This document shows, in pieces, positions 38,878 through 51,624 of a stretch of 64,000 nucleotides of DNA (positions are counted from its first letter, which is position 1; the number at the start of each line of letters is the position of its first letter). The stretch comes from Moniliella sp. 'wahieum' (taxonomy: Eukaryota). The position numbers were made by a program, and so were the translations under genes. The notes below the pieces were generated by a model. The model ran no database searches. It was not told where the DNA came from and worked only from the letters and a program-made list of their open reading frames with translations. Location: NCBI GenBank assembly GCA_003971905.1, contig RSEE01000102.1:124001-188000 (forward strand), read 5' to 3'.

Positions 38878-39709
38878 CGGTTGGTTTGTTCGCTGTCGTC
38901 GGCCCCGCGGCGAACGCGGCTGATGCGGGGCGCCAAAAGGCCCTTGGCTGGGCTTGCTTGTAGCATACATATGCCAGTGTACACCTACATGAGGGCTGTG
39001 CTGGGTAGCGGGGCGGGGGTAGATAGAGTAGATGCCACATGGGACGTGGGAGATAGGTGGAGAGAGGGACAGCGGCTGGGGAAAGCTGAAAGGTTCCACA
39101 TTCGCCGGAAGAAATGGCAAGCTGCAAGCGGGATGGCTGAAATTGCACCTTGCACCTGTGTCATGATGGCATGGAAATGGTGGTTCTGACAGAAAGGAAC
39201 GTCTCGAGCAGCCAGTAGCTAGCAAAGAGAACCAGTAGCAGGCGCTGCGCTGGCTAGTGACGCTAGTGATAGTGACGCGTGGCTGGCGGCTGGGCCGGGG
39301 AGTGTCGCATGTCGCAGTGGCCCAAGCCAGGCGGAAAAAGGGCGCAGGGCGTGGTGTGGTGGGCTGACCGGTGACTAGTGACTAGTGCCTGCCGGGTTGC
39401 AGGGTAGCGCCCCCAGGCCCCCACTGCCCCAGCCGCTGGACAGCGCAGCGCAGCGCCAGTGTCAGCACGGGCCCTGCACCCGCACGCCTCACGCCTCACG
39501 CGTGGGGCGCTGGGCTGGCCAAGTATGAATATGAATATGACGTGGGACGCGTGATGCAGATGGACACCTGCCAATATCCAACGCATCTTTGCTGTGCGCT
39601 GCTACGCCGTAGCCCCGAGCCCAGCCTCTATAATCTCTCGCCGCGCCCAGCCCAGTCCGTTTCCTGTGGCCAGCTTGCCACCCGTCCTGCTGCCTCTGCC
39701 TCGGTCCTT

Positions 39710-39768
39710 GCCCTCGCCCTCGCCCTCGCCCTCGCCCTCGCCCTCGCCCTCGCCCTCGCCCTCGCCCT
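39710..39768. repeat. (CCCTCG)n microsatellite
   Basis: Read directly. Confidence 0.9.
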
Positions 39769-39844
39769 CTCCTCTGCTCTGCCTCCCCCCCATCAAGCCC
39801 ACGCCGCCGTTGGCCCTGCCCCCGCTTGCCCCTTCCCTTCATCC

Positions 39845-40430
39845 ATGGCTGTACGTCTCCCTACCTCCTCCCTCTCGCCCCCTCGGCCCGCCGCTTACCT
39901 CCCCCCTCTCTCCATCCCAGACCCCCTTCGCAGCGCAAGAAGCCCAGCTGGCGGCGCGCTACGGCGGCAAGCTACCCGGTAAGAAACCGTGGCTGCAACA
40001 GCGCCTCAAGGAGCGCAAGTACTTTGACTCGGGCGATTACGCGCTGAAGCAAGCAGGCAAGTCGACGGACAGTGAGGTGGGACAGCAGATTGCCACCCCG
40101 CAAGTCCTCGGCGCAGGAACGGTCGATGTGTCGGACGCTGTTACGATGCCCTCTTCCCCGCACGACGTCCAAGCAGCAGGGTTTAGCTTTGCGAAGGCTA
40201 CCAAGCCGGACTTGACTGCCGCCAAAGATGAGTTGCCCCCCGACGAGATGGCTCCGTTGTGCCCCCGCCTCGGCCGACATGTTCGGCCCCAACCGCAACC
40301 TCCACCTCGGCCACGGCCACGGCCACGGCCACGGCCTCCGACCCAACCTCCGTTCCCGCCCCAACCTCCACCCCAGCGCCTACCTCAAACCCCGTCTCTC
40401 TTGACCCTCCTTCGTTCCTCTCGTCGTCCC
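39845..40430 (+). CDS. IGO1: Endosulfine/ARPP-19 family protein (Igo1-like)
   Basis: YGGKLP..LQQRLKERKYFDSGDYALKQAGK signature. Probable intron 39851-39933. Start and stop uncertain. Confidence 0.8.
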
Positions 40431-42479
40431 CCACTGCCGAGCTGCTACGGCGTTGCTTCCCTCTTCGTCCTCTCCCTTTGCGCATGCGTACGATCCGCTG
40501 TCCTGTGCCCATGCCCATGCCCAGACCCAGACCCAGACCCACGTGTCCACCATCCCCATTCACCATGCCGGTCTGCCCCATGGCCGATCGAGCGTCGCGG
40601 GCTCCTTCTCCCTCCCTGGTCAGCCGCCGTGGCAGGCAGCCGTGCCCAGCGGCGAACCGATCGAAGAGGACGCCCAGGGTCAGGCTCGTACTTCCTCCCA
40701 CCTCTCCAGGGAAAGTTTCTCCGCGGACGAGCTGGAGGACGCCACATTGGACTGATGACAATGGACGGACGGATGGACGGATGGATGGACGGACAGACGG
40801 ACGGGATCGATGGACTTTTTGTTTGTTTGGGCCTTGTTGGCTCCGTTTGCCAGTTGCTCTTGCCGGTTGCTGCTTGGACTCCTACGCGCGCACACTTTCA
40901 TCCATGCTGTCTCTTTTAGCTCTCGGCTCTCGCGCGACGAGGGGGGGAGGTAAGCGCCACCTCGTCCGTAGCTCGCTAGCGGGTTTGACTTGGCTTGGCT
41001 TGGTAGACCTCAGCAGCCACAAGCGGTCGGAAAGGCGAGGTAAGATAGGCCAGACCAGGTGCCAAGGTATACTTACGGCTGTGCAGAGGCAGACTGCCCT
41101 GCGTATCGCACGGTCGTGCACCTGACACAACGGTGTTACCCAATGCCCCTCTCGGCTGTGGTTAATGATTATGCATCATGGGATTGCGGGCCAAGGGGAG
41201 GAGCTAAGAACACCAGTGGTACTGGGCTTAACTTCTGTCATACTGCTGTACGCCCTACGGAGAGAGAGACAGTCAGATGGGGAGGACGGGGTAAGGCCCA
41301 AGGTAGGGCAAGGTAGGGGGGAAAGCGAGTAGGACAGTGGGATCCGGGACACCGGGGAGGACTGTGCCTGACCTCAGAGGTCAGGGCCTCAGTAGGGGTC
41401 GGTTTGGGTTAGGGCGGTGAGGTGAACCGTTAAACGAGGTTAAACGTTAACGTATTATGAACACGGTGAATGTTGAATGCACATGTCACATGTCACATGC
41501 CATATTCATAGTGGGACAAGTGACGTCACTTGTGACAGAGGGGCGTGGGACAGGTGCCCGGTGCAACGTGCACCCCGCGGCGGAGCCAATAAGACAACGA
41601 TTAAACGTTAAACACAGCGCAGTTGGCTGATCCTGCCGTCGGCACTGCCCCTGTCTGCTCCTGCCTCACACGCTCACACTGTGCACTACACCCTACTCAA
41701 GCCCTCAGGCCTCACTCCGTCCTCGTACTATTCACTATAGTCACTAGTCACTAGTCATGGTCACTTGCCCCTGTCTGTGACCTTCATGGGGGAGGCAACG
41801 GCACCAAAAGAAGGAGAGAGAACAGAGAGGGATATCCACAGCGTACCCCAAACACAGCGTCACGACCTTACAAAAACCAAAACAGACTGTTGTGTATAGA
41901 GCTGCTGGAACTAACAGCTCTGGCATCAATATCAATAGACATTGCTCACGCTCATCCCATAGCGCGCAAAGCCAGCTGTAATAACCTGCTAGAACCCCAT
42001 CATCGACATCATCATTTCCATGCCACAGGTGGACGGAGGATGGGCCCTGCGCCCTGGTAGCCACCCTACGGCACTGTGATAGTAAGGATACTCAGCGCTC
42101 AGTCTGAGCGCTCAGCCTCAGCGCTCAGCAAACTGGCTAAGATGCAAGTGCTGTCAAGAAGCACTAAAATGCATAACGCGTAGTGGCCATGGTGGCTGGA
42201 GACCGATCATCGTCAGCCTTGCGGGCAGAGCCACCAGAGTGTTTAATGAGACCAAGTTAGTGAACATTGAACGTGTTGAACCCAGACTAGTAGTAAATGT
42301 AGTGAAGACCGCCTCCGCCAGCCCCCACCTCTCCCCTCTAAATCCCTACCACCGAAAACAATAGGCGGAGAATAGGGCAATCCGAGGAGGGGGTGGCGAC
42401 TAACAGCAGCTCTATGGGGCCGGACCCACACGCCCCGCCAGGCATAAGCTTCGCATCCCCTTGAGTCTAGCTCTCTTCT

Positions 42480-44550
42480 GCATCCATATATCGTTGGCAG
42501 AGCTTAAGTCTGGGACAAAAAACGCTACGCCTAAACCGACCCGTTCGTCTTTGCGTGTACTGCTTGGTAGCGCCAACCCCGCTTAAAGAACCGGGGGAAT
42601 CGCCAGGAGATCAGGACCCTCCGGTGCCCGCCATCCGTTCCCATACCCGAGGTAGCGCGTGTGGATACGGATGGACGTGGTAGACATCCGAGCGAGGAGC
42701 CACTTCCATTCAGAGTCAGTATTAGCCAAATGTCACCGAATGACTAAGCTCGCTCCAATTTCCAATTCTGCATCCGTGTCTCTTCGCTCTTCCCTTCCCT
42801 TTTGCTTCTGTTCTCTGCCTGATGCCTTCTGTTTCCTCCCCGAACGATCTCTGCCTTTCCCCCGCCTCTGACAAGACCTTGGTCTCCCTCGTTTAGCCCC
42901 GACTGTTACACCAAAGACTTCCAGTGCCCAAGCATCTTTTGCCCGCTGTCTTGGAGCAGTAGTATCCTCGCGTCGTCAAGACCAGGAAACGGCGCTTGAG
43001 TGCGTCCTTGGTGCTTGACGTTCTTGTCGCATTCTGCTTGCTCCAGCAGCCGAATCAGCTCCTTCTCCCGGAGTTCCGAAGGCGGCGCGGTGCTCTCATG
43101 TACCACCCTCCGGTTCGCGCTCTGCGCCTCCTGCGATCCCGTGTCGCGCAGCGTGTGGTCTACCTGCATTCCTGATCCTCCGAGTGCTCCGGGCCCCATC
43201 ACGCGGTAGTCGGTGAACAGTGCCCTCCTCCCGCGCCTCGTCCCCTCCTCTTCCTCCACCATAGGTTCGTTGCGGACGTGGGTGTCGGGGATGGAGCGTA
43301 TGAGCTGGAGAATGGGCTTCCGCACTGCCTCATGCAACGCACCAAACTTGCTAGGTTGATGTTGAGGCCTGTGACGCGTCGTTTTCCAAAATCTCCGCAG
43401 CTAGGCCGGTAATGCCTGGCTCTGGTCCGAACATCGTAATGTCGTCCAGGTACGCCATCACCACTTGCCCCGGCGGCAGATCCCTTTCCAACTTCTCCAG
43501 CGCGGGCCGCACTGCAATGGAGAAGAAAAAAGGCGGCGAGGGGATCGCCCTGCCGAACGCCCTCTTCCGACAGAAGGCCTGTCTCATTTCCGCCCGACGC
43601 AACCCAAAGCTGGGTGGGGGTACATACCATAGATCCTTCGACCCAACGAGAGGAGATGGGGGCGAAGCTGTGGAGCACCTTGGCGGATGTGCGACGGCGC
43701 ACAGTGTTGAAGGCATTGGTAAAGTCGAGCATGGCGACGTGGTTGAAGTCGCCCACAGTTCCACATCGATCTCCCTGCCTGTCGTTGTCATGCTCTCGAC
43801 CATCCGTACGATAGACTCCACCCCGTTGGGCGATGATATTCCCAGCTGAGTGGGGAGAAGCCAGCTATTCGGGGCGATCGTTGGAGCGATGCCTTTGGCC
43901 CACAGACGAGAGAGTTATAGTATACACCTCATCCTACCCACCCAGTGGTACCGCCGGGCGCTACCCTCACCGACGTGACGGACAGTAACCGCACCGTGGT
44001 GGACTTGGACAAAATTGCTGCTTTGATTGGCACATTCAGACAGGAGTTGGGGCAGGTCTATCCGGGTGGACCCAGCCCTTCCTACGTGCGGTCCTCGAAT
44101 GCGACCGCTTCTCGTTGATTTTCTCACCGCCCTCACCAAGAGTATATTTACCACGACACTGCCCCAGGCCGTGAGCTCCTGTTGGCCTCCCGTCTTGCCC
44201 CGCTGGAGAAGGCATCGGGAGGTATCCACCCCATCGCCTGTGGGGAGCTGATCTATCTCGACGAGGACGGTCTTGGAGAGGATACATGATGGTAACCCTT
44301 CAAATATATTTGAACCGCCTTTGGCCTTGCTGTCTTTCTGGTTGTTTGGTGTGCCGGGCAGGCAGTGGGGGTAGGCGCGGTTAGTAGATACGAGATCAGC
44401 TCGATCAGCTTGACGGATGGCGCAGGCGCTCAGGCCGGCGGGTATAAGTTTCTTGTGTACCTCGCTCGGTAGTACATGGCAACCATGGTTCATGCATGTT
44501 TTGCTCCGTTCAAATAATCGAAACAAATAAACGTCGGTGGTAGTCAAGCC
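42480..44550 (-). mobile_element. Decayed CRE-like (RLE-type) non-LTR retrotransposon (copy C), internally deleted and partly inverted
   Basis: RT motifs LLPTQLG, LDFTNAFN, GVRQGDPL, AYLDDI, GLNIN. RLE region HEAVR..EP..TDYRV..DK.VKH. ORF stop at 42583. RT domain 0-2 motifs (AGLSGWT, LLASRLAPLEKASGGIHPIACGELIY) lie on the + strand at about 43912-44257. Confidence 0.85.
42731..42910. mobile_element. Short solo LTR (180 bp) nested in the CRE-like element
   Basis: TGTCAC...GTTACA termini and a perfect TSD CCAAA (42726-42730, 42911-42915). Removing it restores the reading WKSLANTDSEW, colinear with copy A. Confidence 0.85.
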
Positions 44551-45033
44551 GTGATGCGATGCGTGACGTGATGGTTTGCTGTGGGCAATGTGATAAGTAA
44601 CTGAGCACGCGGGGAGTGTACTGGTGCCTGAGGATTCCTGCGGTGATCGATGATCTGATCGATGATCGACATCCCGGTACCAGCACGTCATGGCCCGCGT
44701 AACACACTGCCCCCCAGCCCGAGCACGCATGCTTGTTTGTCCTGTCTGGCTGGCAGTGCTGCAGTGCCTGGGCTGCAGGGCTCCGCCTGCTCCAGCTCGC
44801 CCGCGGCACGCAACGGCAGCAGACGATACGCGGCCGTTAGCGCCTTTTAGCCCCGGCATGCTGTATCTCCGTTGTGGGCTTTTTTCTTCTTCCCGACTCC
44901 TGCTGTCTCTTCCACCATATTGTAAAGACAGCTCCTCGCGCCTCCTTGAGCGTTCACCTCCTCTCCCGCCCCTTGGTCCCTGTTCCTTTCCCCCTACGCA
45001 TCCTCTCTGTCCCCCTTGTGTACCACCACGGCC

Positions 45034-45682
45034 ATGTCTGCATCTGCCGCCCCTTCGACCCCGCCGCCCACCACGGAAGTCGCCACCATCTCGGCCGGCT
45101 GCTACTGGGGGCTGCCACCTATCTTTGAACAGCACTTTGGCAAGGGCCGCGGCTGGTGAGTGGCGAGGTGGGCTTTATTGGCGGCAGTGCCTCCCACCCC
45201 ACCCCCACGTACGAGGAAGTGTGCACGGGCCGAACGGGCCACGCGGAAGCGTACCAATTGGTCTACGACCCCTCGCTGGTTTCCTACGCCCAGTTGATTG
45301 AGCATTTTACCGCACACATGACCCTACCACTGTCGACAGACAGGGCGAGGACCGCGGGACCCAGTACCGCTCCGCCATCTGGGCTCACTCCCCGGAACAG
45401 CTCACCATTGCGCGCCAAGTGACGGCTGAAGTTCAGAAGAAGGTACGTTGTGCCCCCTCCCTTTCCTCCCCCTCCCCTCTTGTTCGCCACCACGCGGTGT
45501 TGGCGACTGACAAACTCGTTTGCTTTGCCTCCTAGCACTTTGACCCCAAGGGCGAGAAGATTGTTACGCTCATTGAAGAGCGTCGGCCCCAAGACTTTTT
45601 CCCCGCCGACGAGTACCACCAGGACTACCTCTTCAAGCATCCTTCCGGCTACCACTGTTCCACCCACGTGCTCCACTGGTGA
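45034..45682 (+). CDS. MXR1: Peptide methionine sulfoxide reductase MsrA
   Basis: [49 protein letters not shown], intron near 45442-45536, [23 protein letters not shown]. Confidence 0.92.
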
Positions 45683-46459
45683 TCGTATTGGCGATGTCAC
45701 GATGTGACCTGCTCTGCCAAGGTGGACCGCCTGCTACATGTTAGCCTTGTACTTCCCCCCCCTATCGCTCCCTTTCCTACATCCTGCCGACGTCTGGAGC
45801 TTGCATCCAACCGCTGCCCAGCACCCTGCGCCCCCCGCTCCGATTCCGATCTCTACCTCATCGCCTCTTCCCTGCCGCCTTGTGGCTGTTGTGTGCATCC
45901 TCTGCCTACCCATGTACCCTGCCCTGTGCATCCAACACTGCATGCGTATTCCCCATTGGTAACCGTCTGCGTTGGCTCTGCGCAGCCACGCGACGACAGG
46001 CGTAGAGACGTGTATGACGGGATTGTTTCGCTGTAGGGGGCGGGGATGGATGAGGAGGAGGCGAGTGCGCGTGCGGCTGCGGCGTGAGATGGAGGAGGGG
46101 GGATGGATGCGCGGTGCTAAAAGCTAAAAGCGCCCGTGGGCGAAGCAAAGAGGCGCCTGTCGTGCCGCATGCGGGTCCTGCGTCTGAGTGCTGCGGTGTG
46201 CGGTGTGCGGCGTGTGCGGCGGGGTGCTGGGCGGTGCGCAGCGGTGGATGGGCGGCGCGGGGCCAGTGTGGGCGGCGGCGGGCGCTGTGGCGGCGGCTGC
46301 GGATGCGTGCCTGCATGCCGCCTGCATGCCGCCCGCAGCTGCCCAGGCGATCGGCGGCCAGGCGTCTTGCGTCTTGCGTCACACAGGCACACCACTTGTA
46401 GAAAAGCCCAGCACATCCTCGTTTTTTCCTCGCCTCTCTGCCCCCCCCCCCCCACCGCC

Positions 46460-48789
46460 ATGGCCACGCCCCCCGTCCCCTCCTTTGCGCGCCTCAGCCT
46501 CTCCTCCGGCCCTCCGCCCCCTCGGGCCCCGCCAACCCGCCCCTGCGCCCCGGCCAGTACGCATCCCACCGGTACGCATCCACGTCCTTGCACCCCGGCC
46601 ACCTCGCCGCCCCGCCCCCCCCACCACAGCCCATGCCGCGCACAGTCAGCGACGGCAGCATCGCCCACCACGCCTACGCTCGCTACGCTCCCCCCCCGCC
46701 GCCGCCGCCCGCGCCCGCGCTTGCCTACTGCTCTTCCCCTCCGCCGCTGCCTACACCCCGCAGCCCACCCCCCCGTGCCCGCCGCCGCTTCCGCCCCTGC
46801 CCTGGCCAACCCCTATCCCGAAGAAGCTCCTTCTGCCGAACCCGACTCGTCCAACGCCCAGCTCACTGCCCCTTGCCCGATCTCCCCGCCCTCGTGACGG
46901 AGCGGGAGAAAGCGCTGGCGCTGGCTGAACCGGCACGCGTCTTGCGCTGGATCACCTCCCTGATCCGCTTCCTCGAGCGCGACGTTGATGGCTCGCGCCG
47001 AGCCGACCGCACCGTGGAGCGCATGATTGATGATGCGGCTGCTTGGGTACGTGTTGTTTGTTCATGATTCCCGCCTTGTCACCCTAGTGGATTCAGCGCA
47101 TTCAGTGGGGACATTGTGCTGACCTATGGATTCCCCCCCGCCTGCCTTGCTCCTTTCAGGTCTTGCGTCTTACCGACGGCCAGGGCATCCCGCCTGCCGT
47201 CCAGGCCGAAGCGTTTCTGGTCCGCGGCGACCTGCGCGCGAGTGGAACCATGTTCCCGCGCCAGTTCGCCGAAGTCTGCGTCAGGCCTTTGCCGACTACG
47301 AGCTTGCGGCGCGGAACAGGTGTGCGACGGGGTGGGCGCGGATTGGGCGCGACTACGAAGGATTGAAAGATTATGCGCTTGCCAAGGTGGCTTATGAGAA
47401 GGGCATTTCCGAGGCCGACGTGGGATGTCAATACCGCATTGCCATGGCTTGCTTGATGGGGCAGCTGGATATGGTACCGGATCACCGTCGTGCCCTGTCA
47501 TTGCTTCGTCAGGCCGCATTGCAAGCTACCCTCGACGTTCCCCAACCAGCCTATATTTACGGCATGCTTCTCGCGCAAGAGTTTACGGCGCTGGCCATTG
47601 CGCCTGAACTGTTGCAGGCGTCGGTGGCGCAGGGTGGGAGTGGTCGGACGCTCGAGATGGAAGCAGCCCAGTTCATTGAACGCGCCGCGTACCTCCACTA
47701 CGCCCAGGCACAGTACAAGATGGGATGGGCGTACGAAAATGCTCGGTTGGACTTACCGTATGAGCCGCTGTTGTCGGTGCAGTGGTACAGCCTAGCGTCG
47801 CAGGGTGGTGTGGCCGAGGCGGAATGGCGCTGAGCAAGTGGTTCCTCTGTGGCGCGGACAAGTGCTTTGACATTAACGAATCGCTAGCCTATTCGTTTGC
47901 CGAGAAGGCTGCTGCGGCAAACCTGAGCTCGGCGCAGTTTGCCCTGGGCTACACGAAATCGGGGTGGGATGCACAAAAGATGTAGTGACCGCTACGCGCT
48001 GGTACACCCAAGCTGCAGCCCAGGAATCCCGATGCCAAAGAACGCTTGCGCGCATTGCAAGCTCCCACCCAGCCCACCCTTGCCCCTGGCGCAGCGTCCC
48101 CGCAACCCTCTCGCGCCACGAACACCAACAAAATGTCAATGCGACCATCCAGCGATCCCGTACCCTCGCCGCCCAACGCACCATTGCCCGCCGCACCAAG
48201 GCCGCGGGCCAGCGTCGCGACCAAACTCCTGCCTACGACCAAGCCGCACAGGAACAGGCCCGTGCCCATCCTCTACCCCCGCAGTCCAACCCGGAATCTC
48301 AAGCACGCTACTCTTCCGCTACTCACGCGCCCGCACCCGAACCCGCATCCGCACCGGCGCCCGGGCCGGCGCTCCCGTCGGCTCCCACCCCCGTTCCGGC
48401 CGGCGGGGTCGCCGGCACGCACCTCCCCCCGTGCGACCCGGTGCGGGCAGCACGGGGTGGCAACAAGAACCGTTGCGACGCAAACAGACCTTGTCCATGG
48501 CCCAGGCCGCGGGGGGGGAAGACGGTACGGTCGTGGAGCGGGAGCCGGAGCCGGACGCGCGCGCCCGTCGGTCGGCCCAGGTGCGAGTGCAGCTAACGCC
48601 GGACGGACCGTTTCGATGGGCGCTGCCCCCCCGCGTCTGGGTCTGGGTCTGGGTCTGGGTCTGGGTCTGGGTCTGGGTCGGACCAGGACCTGACTGGCAC
48701 CTCCCAGCACCGGCGTCAGGTACAACACGTTTTCCGAAATGGGCTTCCAGCCCAAGAAGCAGAAGCAGGAGGATTGCGTGGTGATGTGA
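46460..48789 (+). CDS. Sel1-repeat chitin synthase regulator (Chs4/Skt5-like) with C-terminal CAAX box
   Basis: Sel1 repeats (AYIYGMLL, AQYKMGWAYE, SVQWYSLASQGG..LSKWFLCGA, AQFALGY) and the C-terminus TFSEMGFQPKKQKQEDCVVM* (TGA 48787-48789). Confidence 0.85.
48635..48678. repeat. (GTCTGG)n microsatellite in coding sequence
   Basis: Read directly. Confidence 0.9.
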
Positions 48790-49877
48790 TGTGATGTGGT
48801 GTGTGGTATGTGGTGTGGTGGGAGCGTGCCAAGGATACTCGATACCGGCCACGAAGGTCACCGGCCACGGTCCAGCCCCTCCGCCAAGTCCAACCTGCTG
48901 CCAAGAAAGGGGGCACGGGAAAACGAATTGGAAATGGGAAAATTGGAAATGACAGAAACGGAAAACGAAGAGGGGGAAGGAGGAGAAGGAGAAGAAGAAG
49001 AAGGTGTACGACGTCTCTATCAGAAAATACCATTTGCATCCGAACGAAAGAAACGAGAAGCCCGGTCCGGTAGGGTAGGTATTCCATAGCACGGGGTTGG
49101 CTTGGTCCATGTAGTACAGTACATGTACATGCTACTTACCCAGTCTGCCGCAATCTGCCGTCGTCATTGAGGTAATAGGTACGACGTACGACGTGAGAGC
49201 TGCGGAGTGTGGAGTGTGGGTTGACTAGTCAACGGCGCTCCAGGTACGCGTTACGACGGCTTGCTTTCCTACGGCCTAGACACCGCCCTACCGGGCCCAG
49301 GGGACCGGGGGAGCGGGGGACGGCACACCGGGGGTGGGGGGGGATGCATGATGCGCAACCTCTTCCCTCTGCCAAAATCCAACCTCTACCTCGGCGTGGG
49401 CCTTGCCCGTGCTCGTCTGAAAAAAAGTCTGGGCTGCGTCGCGCTCACGCCTTTCCCACATCCCACATATGAGTTCCCACGAGGCCGACCAGGCCGCGTC
49501 ACTCGTCACTCGTCACGCGTCACTTGTCACTAGGCACGCACAAGGCCGGGACGTGGCTTCTACATCCGTAAACGTGGGTGCATTAAGAAACGGGCAACGC
49601 GTACGAGCGAAAGGAATGCGCAGGGTAAGGAAAAAGGAGGAAGGGAGCGGGGGGAAGACGTGCGCAGAGGGGAGGGGGGAGGATTATCAGTAAGAGGGGC
49701 CAGGGGGGGAGGGGGGGGGCGGATGGCGGATGGGGGCGGTGAGCCAGTACAGCCCAGCACAGCCAACCGGGGGGGGTGATGAGGCCTGAGGAAACGAGGC
49801 GCGGGGGGGGGGAGGAGTGAGTAGTGAGGAGGTATATCGGTGGTGGGAACAGTGTTGAAATACCCAATGCTTAGGTC

Positions 49878-51624
49878 TTAGGTATCGCAAGCCACGTCGT
49901 GTCCCGGGGGATGAGGGCAAGGGAAGATGCAAGAGGAGGGCAGGGCGGGACGCAACGTGCAACGTGCAACGCGCAACGCGCAACGGTTCCAGGCGCCTCC
50001 CAAGAGAAAAGGGCGCAGGGCAGGTGCAGGGGGAGGCCCAGTCTGCAAAGTACAACGTACAACGTAACGTACAGGGGGAGGCGGGGTGGGGGGGTGGGGG
50101 CAGGGGTAGGCCAAACGGAGGCGGCCGACACATGCATGCTGTATCATTCTCATCACCCAACGTCCTTCCTGAAGAATCGGAGCTGCTGCGTACCGAGGCA
50201 GGGTCGAGGGCCGAGCTGGGAGCAGGGTAGGGCGCCGACCGTCCTGCTCCTTGGCTCGTGGGTCCACAGGCTCCATGCGGACCAAGGACGAGTCGGACGC
50301 CGCGGACACAGGTACCACCGCGGCCATAGGAATGTCCGACGGGATGGGCTGCCATGCGTGCTGTCGCTCGCTCAAGCCGAGGCAGGGTAAGGGAAGAGAG
50401 GAGGAGGGGGGCAAGGTGCTGGACCGGTCCGCATGGCTCAGCGATACGGCCGACGCGGTGGTGGTCCCGAAGTAGGAGACGGTCAATGCCGCGCGTGCTG
50501 AGGTGGGCCGTATGCTGGTGCTCAATTCTTCGTAGTGGGCCCAAGACAGCGCCGGAAAAGAAGAGCAGCGTCAAGGCACTCCCAGCGGCCAAATCAATCG
50601 CCCAGTGATGGTGAAAGTACATCGTCGAGTAAAACATCATGGCCGTTATAGAGGGCCATCAAGCCCGTGCCACTCGGGCACAGTAGCGCGCTACAAACAA
50701 GGACGAGCACACGGCCGTCGCCGCATGCAGCGACGGGATCGCTCCAAACACAACGGGGCCTTTCGGAACCCATCGGTGTAGAGGTGCGTGCTAGCACTTG
50801 GTCCACCCGTACCAACCCGGCCGCGTTGCCGGGAAGGAATAGTCAGGCACCGTGCCGGGTGGGTACGTGTCGTAGTACCACGGCGCCGCATGTGGGTTGA
50901 GCAAATGCAGTGCCAAGCCTGTCAAGTTCTGCAGACCAAGGCACCAGCCAAACACGTTGGCCGCACTGGGCGGCGCGAAGAACCAGAGCCACCAGCCTAC
51001 CAGGAACGGCGAGGCGAAATGCAACACGCCATAAAACAGCCACGCCACCACGTCCAGCACTGGGCCGGGTCCAGACCCAACGCCAGCTCATTCAGCACGC
51101 GCAAGCCCACGGGAAACACAGCACGGCCGCGGGCCAGGCTAGCGCACCGGCGCCACCGCCATTGGCTTGGCGAGCGCGGATGTGCAGCACAAGCGCCAAG
51201 GGAACGAGCAGCAGCGTGCTCACCACACGCCGGCCGTCGAGAGCATCTTGGCCTCGAGCACGGCAGCACGTCGGTGTGGATCTGGTAAGGGAAGGGGGGG
51301 GAAGGGAGGGGGGGGCAGGGGTCAGGCGAGGCCAGGGAGGGGGGGGGGGGAGAAAACAAAACGCACAGTGGGGCGGATGTGGTCGGGGATGTGGCGGGCC
51401 TGCTTGAAGGCAAAGGTCCAGACGAGGGGCGGGGCCATGCCGAAGAGCAGGCCGGCGAGCCAGCGGAGGGGGTGCTTGCCGTTGAGCAGGACGCGGGTGC
51501 AGTGCACGACGAGGCGGCGGACAGGGCGGCAGAAGAGGGCGAGGGCAAGGATGCAGGCGAGGAGGGCGAGGATGGGGCCGACAATCTTGGCCCAGACGGG
51601 CCAGAGGGCGTAGGCGAGGGCCAT
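49878..51624 (-). CDS. Inositol-phosphorylceramide synthase family protein (Aur1/Ipt1, PAP2-like)
   Basis: LDVVAWLFYGVLHFASPF, PHAAPWY, AAGLVRVD, VFGAIPSLHAA, STMYFHHHWAIDL. 3' end approximate. Confidence 0.88.

Noticed and set aside
44858..45033. Upstream ATG giving MsrA a targeting peptide
   Set aside because: Splice pattern and reading frame cannot be resolved given the indel noise.
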